A stretch of DNA of 64,000 nucleotides from positions 4,211 to 68,210 of IMG/VR virus record IMGVR_UViG_3300045960_000093. One strand, given 5' to 3'. Both the position numbers and the translations under genes were made by a program. Below are positions 47,150 to 55,365 of the stretch, piece by piece. How positions within the stretch are numbered: the stretch's first letter is position 1; each line of letters begins with the position of its first letter. The DNA comes from a virus. The notes beneath the pieces were generated by a model. The model had not been told where the DNA came from. It saw only the letters and a list, made by a program, of their open reading frames with translations, and did not search any database.

Positions 47150-47637
47150 AGCTTGATCCCCTGTAGGAACATCTCGAGGTACGAGATGCTGCGTAGGTCG
47201 TCTCGAACAGTCGCCCGCACGAAGTCGTCGTTGGGGAAGGCACCTTGCTTCACCAACCGCATTCCCGGCGGGATGAAGATGAAGATCTGCACCAGCGACG
47301 TCGTTCCCGAGATGATGTTGAATCCGCCCTGCGGAGTTGAGATCTCGATCAGATCCCTGGTGCGCTTCAAGGTCCCGAACGAGAAGCTGACGTCCCCGTC
47401 TTTGGCCTCGAGCAGCAGTCCGTTGGTCAGCGTTCCTACGGCGTCCGCAAGGAACTTGTTGCCGATCGCCGGAGTTCCTGTGAACTCCGCGATCAGGCAC
47501 ATCGAGTGGATCTCAACGTCCAGGTCGTTACCCGGCGAGTAGGAGAACACCACAGGGGTCGACGAGCCGTTGACCGCCATGTTGGCGCTGCCGCCGTTCT
47601 TCAGCGGTGCGTTCCAGAGTTTCGATACCTCACCCAT
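47146..47637 (-). CDS. Hypothetical beta-sandwich virion protein
   Basis: MAVNGSSTPVVF; translationally coupled. Confidence 0.62.
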   Translation of the reverse strand: MGEVSKLWNAPLKNGGSANMAVNGSSTPVVFSYSPGNDLDVEIHSMCLIAEFTGTPAIGNKFLADAVGTLTNGLLLEAKDGDVSFSFGTLKRTRDLIEISTPQGGFNIISGTTSLVQIFIFIPPGMRLVKQGAFPNDDFVRATVRDDLRSISYLEMFLQGIKL

Positions 47638-49373
47638 CAGGTCACCTGCTCGTAGTAGTCAAAGCTTCCGTAGTAGGTTCTCGACGACGTGCTGTCCGGC
47701 GACACGTACATCTCGACTCTTGCCGGACCAACGACGACGATCGGGGTCGCGTAGGCGCGGGTCGATTGTCCGCTGGACGGAGCACGTAGCAGGTCGGAGA
47801 TCTGGAGCTCCGTCGCGTTAGGCGTCAGCGGGTACGCCGCCTTTATCAGGAAGCCCGCGGTGTCGGCGCCCTTGATGCCTCCCAGCATCCCGGTGATGAA
47901 ACAGGTGTAGCCGGCCGGGACATAGTGGTTAGAGGCCGAGAACGTCTGGTTGGAGCCGGCCGCGATGCTCCAGATCGTAGCGCCGCCACCACCCGTCGCG
48001 GCTTTCAACGAGATGATGCCGGCGTTCGAACCGCCGCTGCCGACTGTCATGACGTCCATCTTCTCTACGAACCGAATGTTGGTCGCCGTCGTATTGACGG
48101 GCGTCGTGCCGTTGAGCGTCACGGTCTCCGTGTAGGGGCCAGCCAGAGTGTTGTCGAAGTAGGTGATCTTGACGGTACGAGCGCCGGTGCCGGCCGCCGC
48201 ATCGGCCGCGCTGGAGGACACGATGGAACGCTGTGCCGCGCTGGCCTGCTCGGTGTAGACCGTCTCGTTCAGCTCTACCACCGTAACGGCCGACAGCACG
48301 GTTCTTCCGAACGCGAAGCCGCGACGAATCGCCGTAGTTCCGGCCGCGGCCGTGACAAGCCGACCTTGTGCATCGGTGAGCAACGCCTGTACGTGGTTGG
48401 TGTCGTCCACGCCGCCGATCTGCACGGGATTTCCGACCGGTGTTGCGCCGTCCGCCGCCAACCCCTCAACCTGCTGACTCCCGCCCTCTCCGCCGCCCCA
48501 GGTGTAGACATCCAAGGCCTGGTGGTTCGCATCGACGACCGAGCTCGTCACATCCGCCGGCGTCGTCGCCCCCTTGGTACCACCACGCATGATGGTTCTC
48601 TGGGTGCCGTCGGTCTGCTGTGTGGACTTTGCCAACGAGCTGAGGGCAGCGTCGAGGAAGGGGTTCTTGATCGACGCCTGCCCGCTGGAGTCCACCTCCA
48701 AGGCGTTGCCCGCCGGGCTCACCACCTGTGTCTTCTGTGCTCCGCTGGTTTGGTTCCCAGACGTCGACGGAGACACGAAGTTCGCCCCATCGGACAGCCG
48801 CACGGAGTTCGGGCTGGCGGCCGTCGTGTGCTCCTGCGACGGAGAGGCCGGGATGTTGTCCGTCTTGGCCTTGATGAGCCCTAGCGTGGTTTCCGTCGCC
48901 CGAGTGCTCAACGCCGCATCGAGGTTGTCCGTCTTGGCCTTGATGCCACTGAGCGGGGTGTCGAGGTTGTCGGTCTTGGCCTTGACCAAGCCCAACGTCG
49001 TCTCCGTCGCGCGCGTGCTGAGCGCCGCATCGAGATTGTCGGTCTTGGCCTTCACGAGCCCCAACGTGGTCTCGGTCGCACGAGTGCTGAGGGCGGCATC
49101 CAGGTTGTCGGTCTTGGCTTTCACCAAGCCGAGCGTTGTCTCGGTGGCCCGTGTACTGATGGCTGCGTCGAGGTTATCGGTCTTGGTCTTGATGTTGCCG
49201 AGCGTCGTCTCCGTGGCGGCGCCGGCGGGAAGCGGAAGAGACTCTGCGCTGACGGGCTGCGTGACGCCACTACCGTCTGTGGCCAAGCCGTTCGGCGTGA
49301 CGGTCGCGGTGTTGGTACCGTCGCTGATCTTGACCGGCGGGGTTCCCTCAAGCTCTGCGATGACGAGCGGCAT
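47637..49373 (-). CDS. Fibre-like virion protein with 23-aa tandem repeats
   Basis: 578 aa; repeat stalk followed by a C-terminal beta domain. Confidence 0.72.
   Translation of the reverse strand: MPLVIAELEGTPPVKISDGTNTATVTPNGLATDGSGVTQPVSAESLPLPAGAATETTLGNIKTKTDNLDAAISTRATETTLGLVKAKTDNLDAALSTRATETTLGLVKAKTDNLDAALSTRATETTLGLVKAKTDNLDTPLSGIKAKTDNLDAALSTRATETTLGLIKAKTDNIPASPSQEHTTAASPNSVRLSDGANFVSPSTSGNQTSGAQKTQVVSPAGNALEVDSSGQASIKNPFLDAALSSLAKSTQQTDGTQRTIMRGGTKGATTPADVTSSVVDANHQALDVYTWGGGEGGSQQVEGLAADGATPVGNPVQIGGVDDTNHVQALLTDAQGRLVTAAAGTTAIRRGFAFGRTVLSAVTVVELNETVYTEQASAAQRSIVSSSAADAAAGTGARTVKITYFDNTLAGPYTETVTLNGTTPVNTTATNIRFVEKMDVMTVGSGGSNAGIISLKAATGGGGATIWSIAAGSNQTFSASNHYVPAGYTCFITGMLGGIKGADTAGFLIKAAYPLTPNATELQISDLLRAPSSGQSTRAYATPIVVVGPARVEMYVSPDSTSSRTYYGSFDYYEQVT
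48855..49217 (-). repeat. 69-bp/23-aa tandem repeat ATETTLGLVKAKTDNLDAALSTR (~5 units, one shortened)
   Basis: Visible in both DNA and translation; units differ mainly at synonymous sites. Confidence 0.92.
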
Positions 49374-49897
49374 CAGACGTTCCTCACATAGGTGGCGCTC
49401 ACCACGTTACCGCCCGAGCGCGTGTACGTCACGGTCAACTGTGCCACAACGGTCACCCCGTCAGAATCGAAGATCTTCCGGACCTCCGCGTCGACATGCC
49501 CACCACTGCGCGTGTAGTCGATGGACTTCAAGAGCTTCGACGTCGCGTGGTTGGTCCAGCTCTCCTGACTGACCTGGCCACCCGTCCTGCTGATCGCGTA
49601 GTCGTAGTTGACCGAGTTGGGTTCGCTGTCCAACAGGAAGTCGTAGATGCTGAGCCCGGCCGCCGACGCCAGCTCGGCCAAGGTCTTGTGACCCACGATG
49701 GGGTCTACGAAGCAGAGGTTGTCGCTGGAGTCGCGCTCAGTACGAACCGTCGAGTCGTCGCTAGTGGAGTGCTGGTACGCGATGCCGCGGCAATCGACGT
49801 AGTCCTCGTTGCGATCCAACGCGGTGGGAAACTGGTCAGTCTCATCACCGCCGGATGCGACGCTCTCTATCTTGAGAGGTTGGACTCGGTCGATCAC
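49373..49897 (-). CDS. Hypothetical virion protein
   Basis: GTG start; repeated YTRSGG.V beta hairpins. Confidence 0.65.
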   Translation of the reverse strand: MIDRVQPLKIESVASGGDETDQFPTALDRNEDYVDCRGIAYQHSTSDDSTVRTERDSSDNLCFVDPIVGHKTLAELASAAGLSIYDFLLDSEPNSVNYDYAISRTGGQVSQESWTNHATSKLLKSIDYTRSGGHVDAEVRKIFDSDGVTVVAQLTVTYTRSGGNVVSATYVRNV

Positions 49898-49910
49898 GGC
49901 GGCGCCTCAC

Positions 49911-49974
49911 GAAAAGTGGGGCGGAGATGTGCTCACCTCAGCAACCGTGGTGGTACTACCACGCGCCCCAGTTC
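49911..49974 (-). other. Intergenic three-way-junction RNA structure / branched terminator candidate
   Basis: Stems TGGGGCG/CGCCCCA, CGTGGT/ACCACG and GAGGTG/CATCTC, followed by CTTTTC. Confidence 0.55.
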
Positions 49975-49983
49975 AGCTCCGGC

Positions 49984-51387
49984 TTACGCCAGCTTCTTGC
50001 CGTAGTCGACCACGTGGACCCAGAGGTCCGTGGCGTTCATCGCGTAGCCGCACAGGATCACGCGGGTGTTGCCGGTCGGCAGCGCGGTCCCGATACCGCC
50101 AGTCGCCTGGAGGTAGTACGGGGTGCCGGCGGTCGCCGTCGAGATGGCGCCGAGGATCTCGCCCACCGCGACGATGGTCGCCGGGTTGCCCACGGTGTTC
50201 TGCGTGACTTCCGACACACCGATGACGCGCGACTTCGCGTCGTTGTCGGCCCGCGCCTTGCCAACGCGGTCGTTGGTCGCCGACCAGTAGACCGCGTCCG
50301 CCTTCGCGATGGCCTCGGCGACCGCGATGTCGGCCGCGACCTTCTTGATCTTGGCGTGGGAGTGCAGCAGGTCCGCGTTGCTGCCGTCCGTCAGGTCGTC
50401 GAGGTTCGGCGCCGTGACGGTGGCACCCACCGCGGTACCCGCGATGGTGAACAGAGCCGGGAGACCCAGCACCTTGAGACCCGTGCCGCTCTTGGACAGC
50501 GTCGAGCCGTCCAGCAGAACGTCCGCACCCGCCGCCGTGACGGTGAGCGGGCCGGCCGGGTCAGGCAGGAACGCCAGACCCTTCGCGCCCGCGGTACCGG
50601 CGAGCTGGAGGCCCGGATACGGCGTGACGCCGAGAGAGTACGTCGACAGCTTGACGTTGGTCGACGCCGAGTTGCCCACGACCTCGATGCCGTCGCCGTT
50701 CTTGACGGCGATCGTGGTGCTGTTGGGCTTCCACAAGCCCGCGCCGGCCGTGATGCTGGCCAGGCCGGTGAACTCCACCCAGTTGGCGCCGTCGTACGTG
50801 AAGCCCAGGTTCAGGTACTGGCTGTTCGGGCCGTTGACCAGGAAGGCGTCGCCTTCCGTCGGGGCCGTGAACGTCCAGGTGTTGGTGCCGCTGTTGTAGT
50901 ACGCGGTGTTGTTGTTCTTGCCCGCGAACGATCCGGCCGGCGTGGTCGCGCTGTTGGCCGAGACGGCGACCCAGGTAGTGTTCGGCGGCTCACCGCCCGA
51001 GTTGGCGATGATGACCTGCCAGGCGGTCCCGGTCCACTCGATGATGTCGCCGTTGTTGTAGGTGCCGCCCCAGTTGTTGACCACGTAGGCGTCGCCCTTG
51101 ACGGGGCCGACCGGCGGGCTGCCGCCCATGTCGGAGTCGTCGATCATGTTGAGCACCGCGACGGGGTGCTTCCAGTGGATGCCGGCCGCCACGGCGTCGA
51201 GCTGCGCCTTGGTGACGGCGTCCTGCGGGTCGACGGCATCCCCCATGCCGGTGACCTTGTAGGTCCCCATGGCGATGTTGCCGCCCATCGTCAACCCACC
51301 GAGGGTCATGGAGTCGGACGTCGACATCTCCTGAGCGAAGCCTTCGCCAGCGCCCTGGGACAGGAACAGTGGTTTACGCGGTGCCAT
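49984..51387 (-). CDS. Head/whisker fibre-like protein with DUF2793-like and C-terminal DUF2190-like segments
   Basis: DPQDAVTKAQLD, GDAYVV...WTGTAW, AEAIAKADAVY...VIGV; RBS AAGGAG. Confidence 0.62.
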   Translation of the reverse strand: MAPRKPLFLSQGAGEGFAQEMSTSDSMTLGGLTMGGNIAMGTYKVTGMGDAVDPQDAVTKAQLDAVAAGIHWKHPVAVLNMIDDSDMGGSPPVGPVKGDAYVVNNWGGTYNNGDIIEWTGTAWQVIIANSGGEPPNTTWVAVSANSATTPAGSFAGKNNNTAYYNSGTNTWTFTAPTEGDAFLVNGPNSQYLNLGFTYDGANWVEFTGLASITAGAGLWKPNSTTIAVKNGDGIEVVGNSASTNVKLSTYSLGVTPYPGLQLAGTAGAKGLAFLPDPAGPLTVTAAGADVLLDGSTLSKSGTGLKVLGLPALFTIAGTAVGATVTAPNLDDLTDGSNADLLHSHAKIKKVAADIAVAEAIAKADAVYWSATNDRVGKARADNDAKSRVIGVSEVTQNTVGNPATIVAVGEILGAISTATAGTPYYLQATGGIGTALPTGNTRVILCGYAMNATDLWVHVVDYGKKLA

Positions 51388-51434
51388 GATAACTTCTCCT
51401 TGCGCTGCAGAGCCCTAGAGCTCGTGGTTGAGGG

Positions 51435-51869
51435 TCACTCTTTCTTCGGAGCTTGTCCGCGAATGACCCGGGTATCCGGGTCAATCGTCATCGTGGTGGG
51501 GTCGAGGTTGAACTTCTCGGCGATGCTCTTGACGAGCGCCTCGTACTCCGGCTTCATCCGCTCGACGATCGCCTGGAGGCGCGCCTTCTCGAGCATCTTG
51601 AGCCGCTTGAGGTCCTGGGCGTCGCGCTCGGCCTTGTCGATCTCGAAGTCGGCGAGCCGCTGGCCTTGCAGCGAGTTCCGGATCTCGACGTCGATCCTGT
51701 TGAACTTCAGGGCCTCGATCTCCGTGAGGCGCATCACGCTCTCCACGGCATCGGCGTCGCCCAGGTGCTTCTTGCAGTAGGCGCCTGATACACGCTTCCG
51801 CGTGCAACCCGGATGGTCACAGGTCTTCTTGGGTTTTGCCGCTGCGTCCATGCTGCTCGTATCCGTCAT
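51435..51869 (-). CDS. Zn-finger + coiled-coil hypothetical protein
   Basis: CDHPGC...YCKKH; RBS GGGAG. Confidence 0.68.
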   Translation of the reverse strand: MTDTSSMDAAAKPKKTCDHPGCTRKRVSGAYCKKHLGDADAVESVMRLTEIEALKFNRIDVEIRNSLQGQRLADFEIDKAERDAQDLKRLKMLEKARLQAIVERMKPEYEALVKSIAEKFNLDPTTMTIDPDTRVIRGQAPKKE

Positions 51870-51911
51870 GTTGGTCTCCCTTTTGTGCCCGGCCTTCGGG
51901 CGTCAGATTTG

Positions 51912-51940
51912 AGGATAACAGCCTCGAGGTATCGTGCAAA
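51912..51940 (-). promoter_or_regulatory. Candidate sigma-70 (extended -10) promoter
   Basis: Minus strand TTGCAC, 16-bp spacer, TGT-TATCCT in an AT-richer intergenic gap. Confidence 0.45.
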
Positions 51941-51944
51941 GAGT

Positions 51945-52382
51945 CTACTCGATCCGCTTGATCATCAGGAAGTTGGGACTCAGCAGCACCTCCGAAGACC
52001 CCATCGCGGTCCCCATCGGTTGCACCATCGCGTAGCTGTCCGGCGCCGGAGCCGGCATTGGAAGGTCATGGGAAAGCCGGCCATCCATGGTGACGAACAA
52101 CGACTTGGGGAACGTCAGCCCGGTGAACAACCCCTGGAGCTCACCAAGGCACTGCACGACGCAGTGCGTGCTGTCCGTCTTCTCGGTCACCACCCCCAAC
52201 GCCGGCATCTTGACGATGTTCGATGGGTCAGCGCGGTCAACCTGGTAGTACTCATCGACCTTGGGACCCGCGATGTAGACGCAGTAGCCGACCGCCAAGC
52301 TCGGCGGGCAGGTCGCTTTGAACGACTTGCCCGGAAAGAGCTCGATGGAACGAGCTATGCTGAGCGGGTTCAGTAGGTCCAT
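51945..52382 (-). CDS. DUF2190-like capsid decoration/cement protein
   Basis: LAVGYCVYI...PALGVV...G...GL..LFVT.DG.L pattern. Confidence 0.55.
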   Translation of the reverse strand: MDLLNPLSIARSIELFPGKSFKATCPPSLAVGYCVYIAGPKVDEYYQVDRADPSNIVKMPALGVVTEKTDSTHCVVQCLGELQGLFTGLTFPKSLFVTMDGRLSHDLPMPAPAPDSYAMVQPMGTAMGSSEVLLSPNFLMIKRIE

Positions 52383-52394
52383 GTCGCATTCTCA

Positions 52395-52646
52395 TCAACC
52401 ACCAGGCGCTCCCCCGATGCTCCCGAAGAGGACGTACTGGTCGATCTCCTCCTTCAGGGCCGAGACGGCCTGCTCGAGGTTCGCGTCCCCCGCCGCCGTG
52501 GCGCCGCGGCCCGTCAAGACCGAGCGCAGGAACAGCGTCTCGTTGTCCAGCCGGGTCTTCTCTTTCTGCCCCCACTCCTGAACGGCCGCCAGAAGGGCGT
52601 TCAGATTCGCATCTCGAGAGGTTTTGTCCGGAGGCAGCGTGGCCAT
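52395..52646 (-). CDS. Small helical hypothetical protein
   Basis: Abuts the sigma factor gene. Confidence 0.6.
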   Translation of the reverse strand: MATLPPDKTSRDANLNALLAAVQEWGQKEKTRLDNETLFLRSVLTGRGATAAGDANLEQAVSALKEEIDQYVLFGSIGGAPGG

Positions 52647-53417
52647 CTACATGTACCTCTTCACCTTCTCGGCGATGCTGTTCTTGATGCGCGTGACCTT
52701 GGAGGCGTTCCAACCCTGCTTCTTGGCGATCTCGCCAGGCCGCAGCTTCTCCTTCCCGCCGTCTCCGATCAAGTGCTCGTAGACCAGCAGCTCCTCGTTG
52801 TCGAGCTGTGGCTTGATGAGGCGCAGCACCTCGGTCTCTCGAGACGGCATGTTGACCGCGGGGTCGAAGCCACTCGTGTAGCCCGACGAGTACAGGGCCT
52901 TGCGGTTCTCGGCCTGCATGCGACCCACTTCGGCCGGGGCCCAGCCGAGATGCTCGGAGATCTCTCGCGTCGTGGGGTCTCTCCCGAACTGGTCTTCGAG
53001 CGTCGAGACCGCGTTGTCGAACAGACCCTTCTGGTGCCCGGTTCTCGTCTCTACGATTCGCGCCGGGTTCTGGTAGGTCGTCAGGTACCGATTGGCTTTC
53101 AGCAGCCGCTGCGTCACCCAGGTTCCCAGCGCGGCCCCCTTGGTGGGGTCGTAGGTCCGAGCGGCGTTCAGGAACTGGTTGTTGAACTCCGCGTGCACCA
53201 CGGCCGGCGGCAGATCGACGTTGCGTGCCCAGCGGTCGGCCTTGTTACGGATGAGGCCTCGGAACTGCTGCAACAGTGGGCGGAAGTGCGCGGGGTCTTC
53301 ACCGCTGTTCTTCCACGTCTTCCAGAGCTCGAGATCCTTCTGTCGGCGCTCAGGAAACGCGGTCTCTTTCTTGGCGCCCTCTTTGAGGAGCTCCAGGATG
53401 TCGTCCCATTCGGTCAA
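52647..53417 (-). CDS. RNA polymerase sigma-70 family factor (FliA/SigF-like regions 2-3-4)
   Basis: YDPTKGAALGTW (region 2), GRDPTTREISEHLG (region 3), EIAKKQGWNASKVTRIK (region 4). Confidence 0.88.
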   Translation of the reverse strand: MTEWDDILELLKEGAKKETAFPERRQKDLELWKTWKNSGEDPAHFRPLLQQFRGLIRNKADRWARNVDLPPAVVHAEFNNQFLNAARTYDPTKGAALGTWVTQRLLKANRYLTTYQNPARIVETRTGHQKGLFDNAVSTLEDQFGRDPTTREISEHLGWAPAEVGRMQAENRKALYSSGYTSGFDPAVNMPSRETEVLRLIKPQLDNEELLVYEHLIGDGGKEKLRPGEIAKKQGWNASKVTRIKNSIAEKVKRYM

Positions 53418-53432
53418 GGGGCCCCCTCACGT

Positions 53433-54062
53433 TTACCGGCGCCCCAACACCCGCTGGACGTCCCCTGAACCCTCGTCCGCCGTGCTCGGATCGTGGTCCT
53501 TGTCCTTGTACTTCCGGGTGATGCCTTCCCGGTTCTCGAACATCTGGTCGAGGTACGGCTGCCAGCTCTGCTTCACTTCCTTCTCCATCCGAGGAGTCGG
53601 GCAGGGGCACATCGACGTGACTTCGGGCTCCGGCTTACTGGCCGGCATCTTCTCCGCTCCGTTGTCGTTGAGGATGCCCTCGGCGTCGACCAGGCCAGCG
53701 GTTGGCGGCTTGTCGGAGGCGGCGTGCTTCTTGAGGTACTGGACGAGCGGGTCGTTCTCGATCATGAGATCCACCGAGCCTTTCTTCGTCTTCATTCCGG
53801 GAACCGGGCCCACCTCGGCGCTCGAAGCGCGCGGGCGTGCCTTGGGCAACGTGCTGAAGGCCTTCTCGCCGCCCTTCGCCACGCTGCCTTTCGCGATCGC
53901 CGTCCCGGCCTTACCCGCCGTCGACGCCGACCCCGCGATAGCCTGCACGGCTTTGATGGCCTGGCCCTTCTTGAGCAAGGTGTCGACCCGGATGGGGCGA
54001 CGGCCCTTTCGAGTCTGCTGGTAGTGCGCCATGCGCTTGGAGGCCGACTCTTTGTCCATCAT
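53433..54062 (-). CDS. Basic, low-complexity hypothetical protein
   Basis: RKGRRPIRVDTLLK; ATGA-coupled. Confidence 0.65.
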   Translation of the reverse strand: MMDKESASKRMAHYQQTRKGRRPIRVDTLLKKGQAIKAVQAIAGSASTAGKAGTAIAKGSVAKGGEKAFSTLPKARPRASSAEVGPVPGMKTKKGSVDLMIENDPLVQYLKKHAASDKPPTAGLVDAEGILNDNGAEKMPASKPEPEVTSMCPCPTPRMEKEVKQSWQPYLDQMFENREGITRKYKDKDHDPSTADEGSGDVQRVLGRR

Positions 54063-54391
54063 GGCACTTTCTGCTTTCTGGTCTCTGCATGACGCAGACG
54101 GTCCCGGGCCTTGTTCTCCATGCGCTTGACGAGATGCAGCCGTAGCGCCGGAATGAGCGCCCCACCGGCTGTACCACGCAGCACGCTACCCACCAACCAC
54201 TTCGCCTTCGAGTTGCCTGGAGACACCACGTGCCCCGACTCGATCTTGTTGGCGACGGCCCGAATGGCTGGGTAGGAGACGGCGCCAAGGCCCGCGTACT
54301 GTGCGTACAGCTTGCCCTCTTCCTTCTTCGTCATCTGAACGGCGATCTTGGTCAGCTCGTCGACGAAGTATGGAAAGATGCCGTCGGTCAC
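54059..54391 (-). CDS. Small protein with N-terminal FVDELTKIA motif
   Basis: GTGA-coupled; G/A-rich hydrophobic helices. Confidence 0.65.
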   Translation of the reverse strand: MTDGIFPYFVDELTKIAVQMTKKEEGKLYAQYAGLGAVSYPAIRAVANKIESGHVVSPGNSKAKWLVGSVLRGTAGGALIPALRLHLVKRMENKARDRLRHAETRKQKVP

Positions 54392-54543
54392 TTCACCAGG
54401 CCCATCTTCCGATTGCGCTCGTCCTTCTCGGGGCTCTGGAGCCGCTCGTTGCGCTTCTCGACCTTCTCCTTGACGCGCTTCATGAACAAGGAGTCGGGCT
54501 TGACGGTCTCGGGCTTCTTCTCGTTCTGGTCTGCCATTGTCAT
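54388..54543 (-). CDS. Small charged protein (51 aa, below the ORF-track cutoff)
   Basis: MTMADQNEKKPETVKPDSLFMKRV...GLVK*; coupled at both ends; RBS AGGAG. Confidence 0.6.
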   Translation of the reverse strand: MTMADQNEKKPETVKPDSLFMKRVKEKVEKRNERLQSPEKDERNRKMGLVK

Positions 54544-55139
54544 GCTCCTGATCTGACCACCACCTCGGGTTCTTCCATCTCGTAGGCGGCGGGGTTGGGT
54601 TCCTCGGTCGGCTCTTCGTCCTGCGTCAGCAGGCTGGAGAACGGCCGCTCGGTCCTCTTGTCGATCTCCTCTTCGCGGGCCTGCAAGGCCTTGTCCCGGA
54701 TGTCGCTGAGCTCATCAAAGAACGACGATGTCATATCGGCGAAGTTGGGCATCTTGGCCCCCACTTTTACCTTGTTCTGACGGAAGCCGGCAATGTGTTT
54801 GCACTCGTGCCCCGGGTCCACGCTGGACTTGAACCGCCAGTCGTTGCACGTGCAGGCCAACCGGCCATCGGGGGTCTTGCGGATCTCGTAGGTCTTGCTG
54901 GGACTCGTGGAGCTCTGAACCTTCCCAAGGGGCTCTGCTTTGGCGAGATCGTGCAGCGACTGCGCGTGTTGCACCAGCTTGGCGTCCGCCCCTGGGTGCT
55001 TGGACAGCGCGTCGATGAAGCCCTGCGACTGCGCGCTCCGGACGAACTTGTCCCAGCGCTCGTTGCCGGCTCTTGGAGAGAAGTGGTACTCGACCCTTCG
55101 CTTCTCCCGGCTGTCCGCCATGCGACCAAAGACGCCCAT
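54540..55139 (-). CDS. SWIM zinc-finger protein
   Basis: YEI...LACTCNDW...ECKHI (CxC..CxH); FFDELSDI motif. Confidence 0.78.
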   Translation of the reverse strand: MGVFGRMADSREKRRVEYHFSPRAGNERWDKFVRSAQSQGFIDALSKHPGADAKLVQHAQSLHDLAKAEPLGKVQSSTSPSKTYEIRKTPDGRLACTCNDWRFKSSVDPGHECKHIAGFRQNKVKVGAKMPNFADMTSSFFDELSDIRDKALQAREEEIDKRTERPFSSLLTQDEEPTEEPNPAAYEMEEPEVVVRSGA

Positions 55140-55142
55140 CGT

Positions 55143-55355
55143 TTACCCGCGCTGCATCTTCCGCATCTGTTCGGCCATCATGATGTCGTCGATGCCACGC
55201 TTGCCCGCCAGCGCGGCCGCGGCCCCGCCGCCGACGAGCGCGAGGGGCTTCTTGTTGGCCTTGAGCCACGGCATCGCAACGTCCGTCACGTAGCCGGCCC
55301 TCTTCACGATGTCGTCGATCTCGTCCAAGAAGCTGCCGATGTTGATCCCGTCCAT
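55143..55355 (-). CDS. Small protein with FLDEIDDI motif
   Basis: RBS GGAGAGG; VGGGAAAALAG helix. Confidence 0.62.
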   Translation of the reverse strand: MDGINIGSFLDEIDDIVKRAGYVTDVAMPWLKANKKPLALVGGGAAAALAGKRGIDDIMMAEQMRKMQRG

Positions 55356-55365
55356 TGGTCCTCTC

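Noticed and set aside
48855-49217. Periodic DNA as a CRISPR array
   Set aside because: In-frame coding repeat with no unique spacers
49911-49974. Hammerhead ribozyme or tRNA
   Set aside because: No CUGANGA/GAAA core in the right positions; no T-loop or cloverleaf
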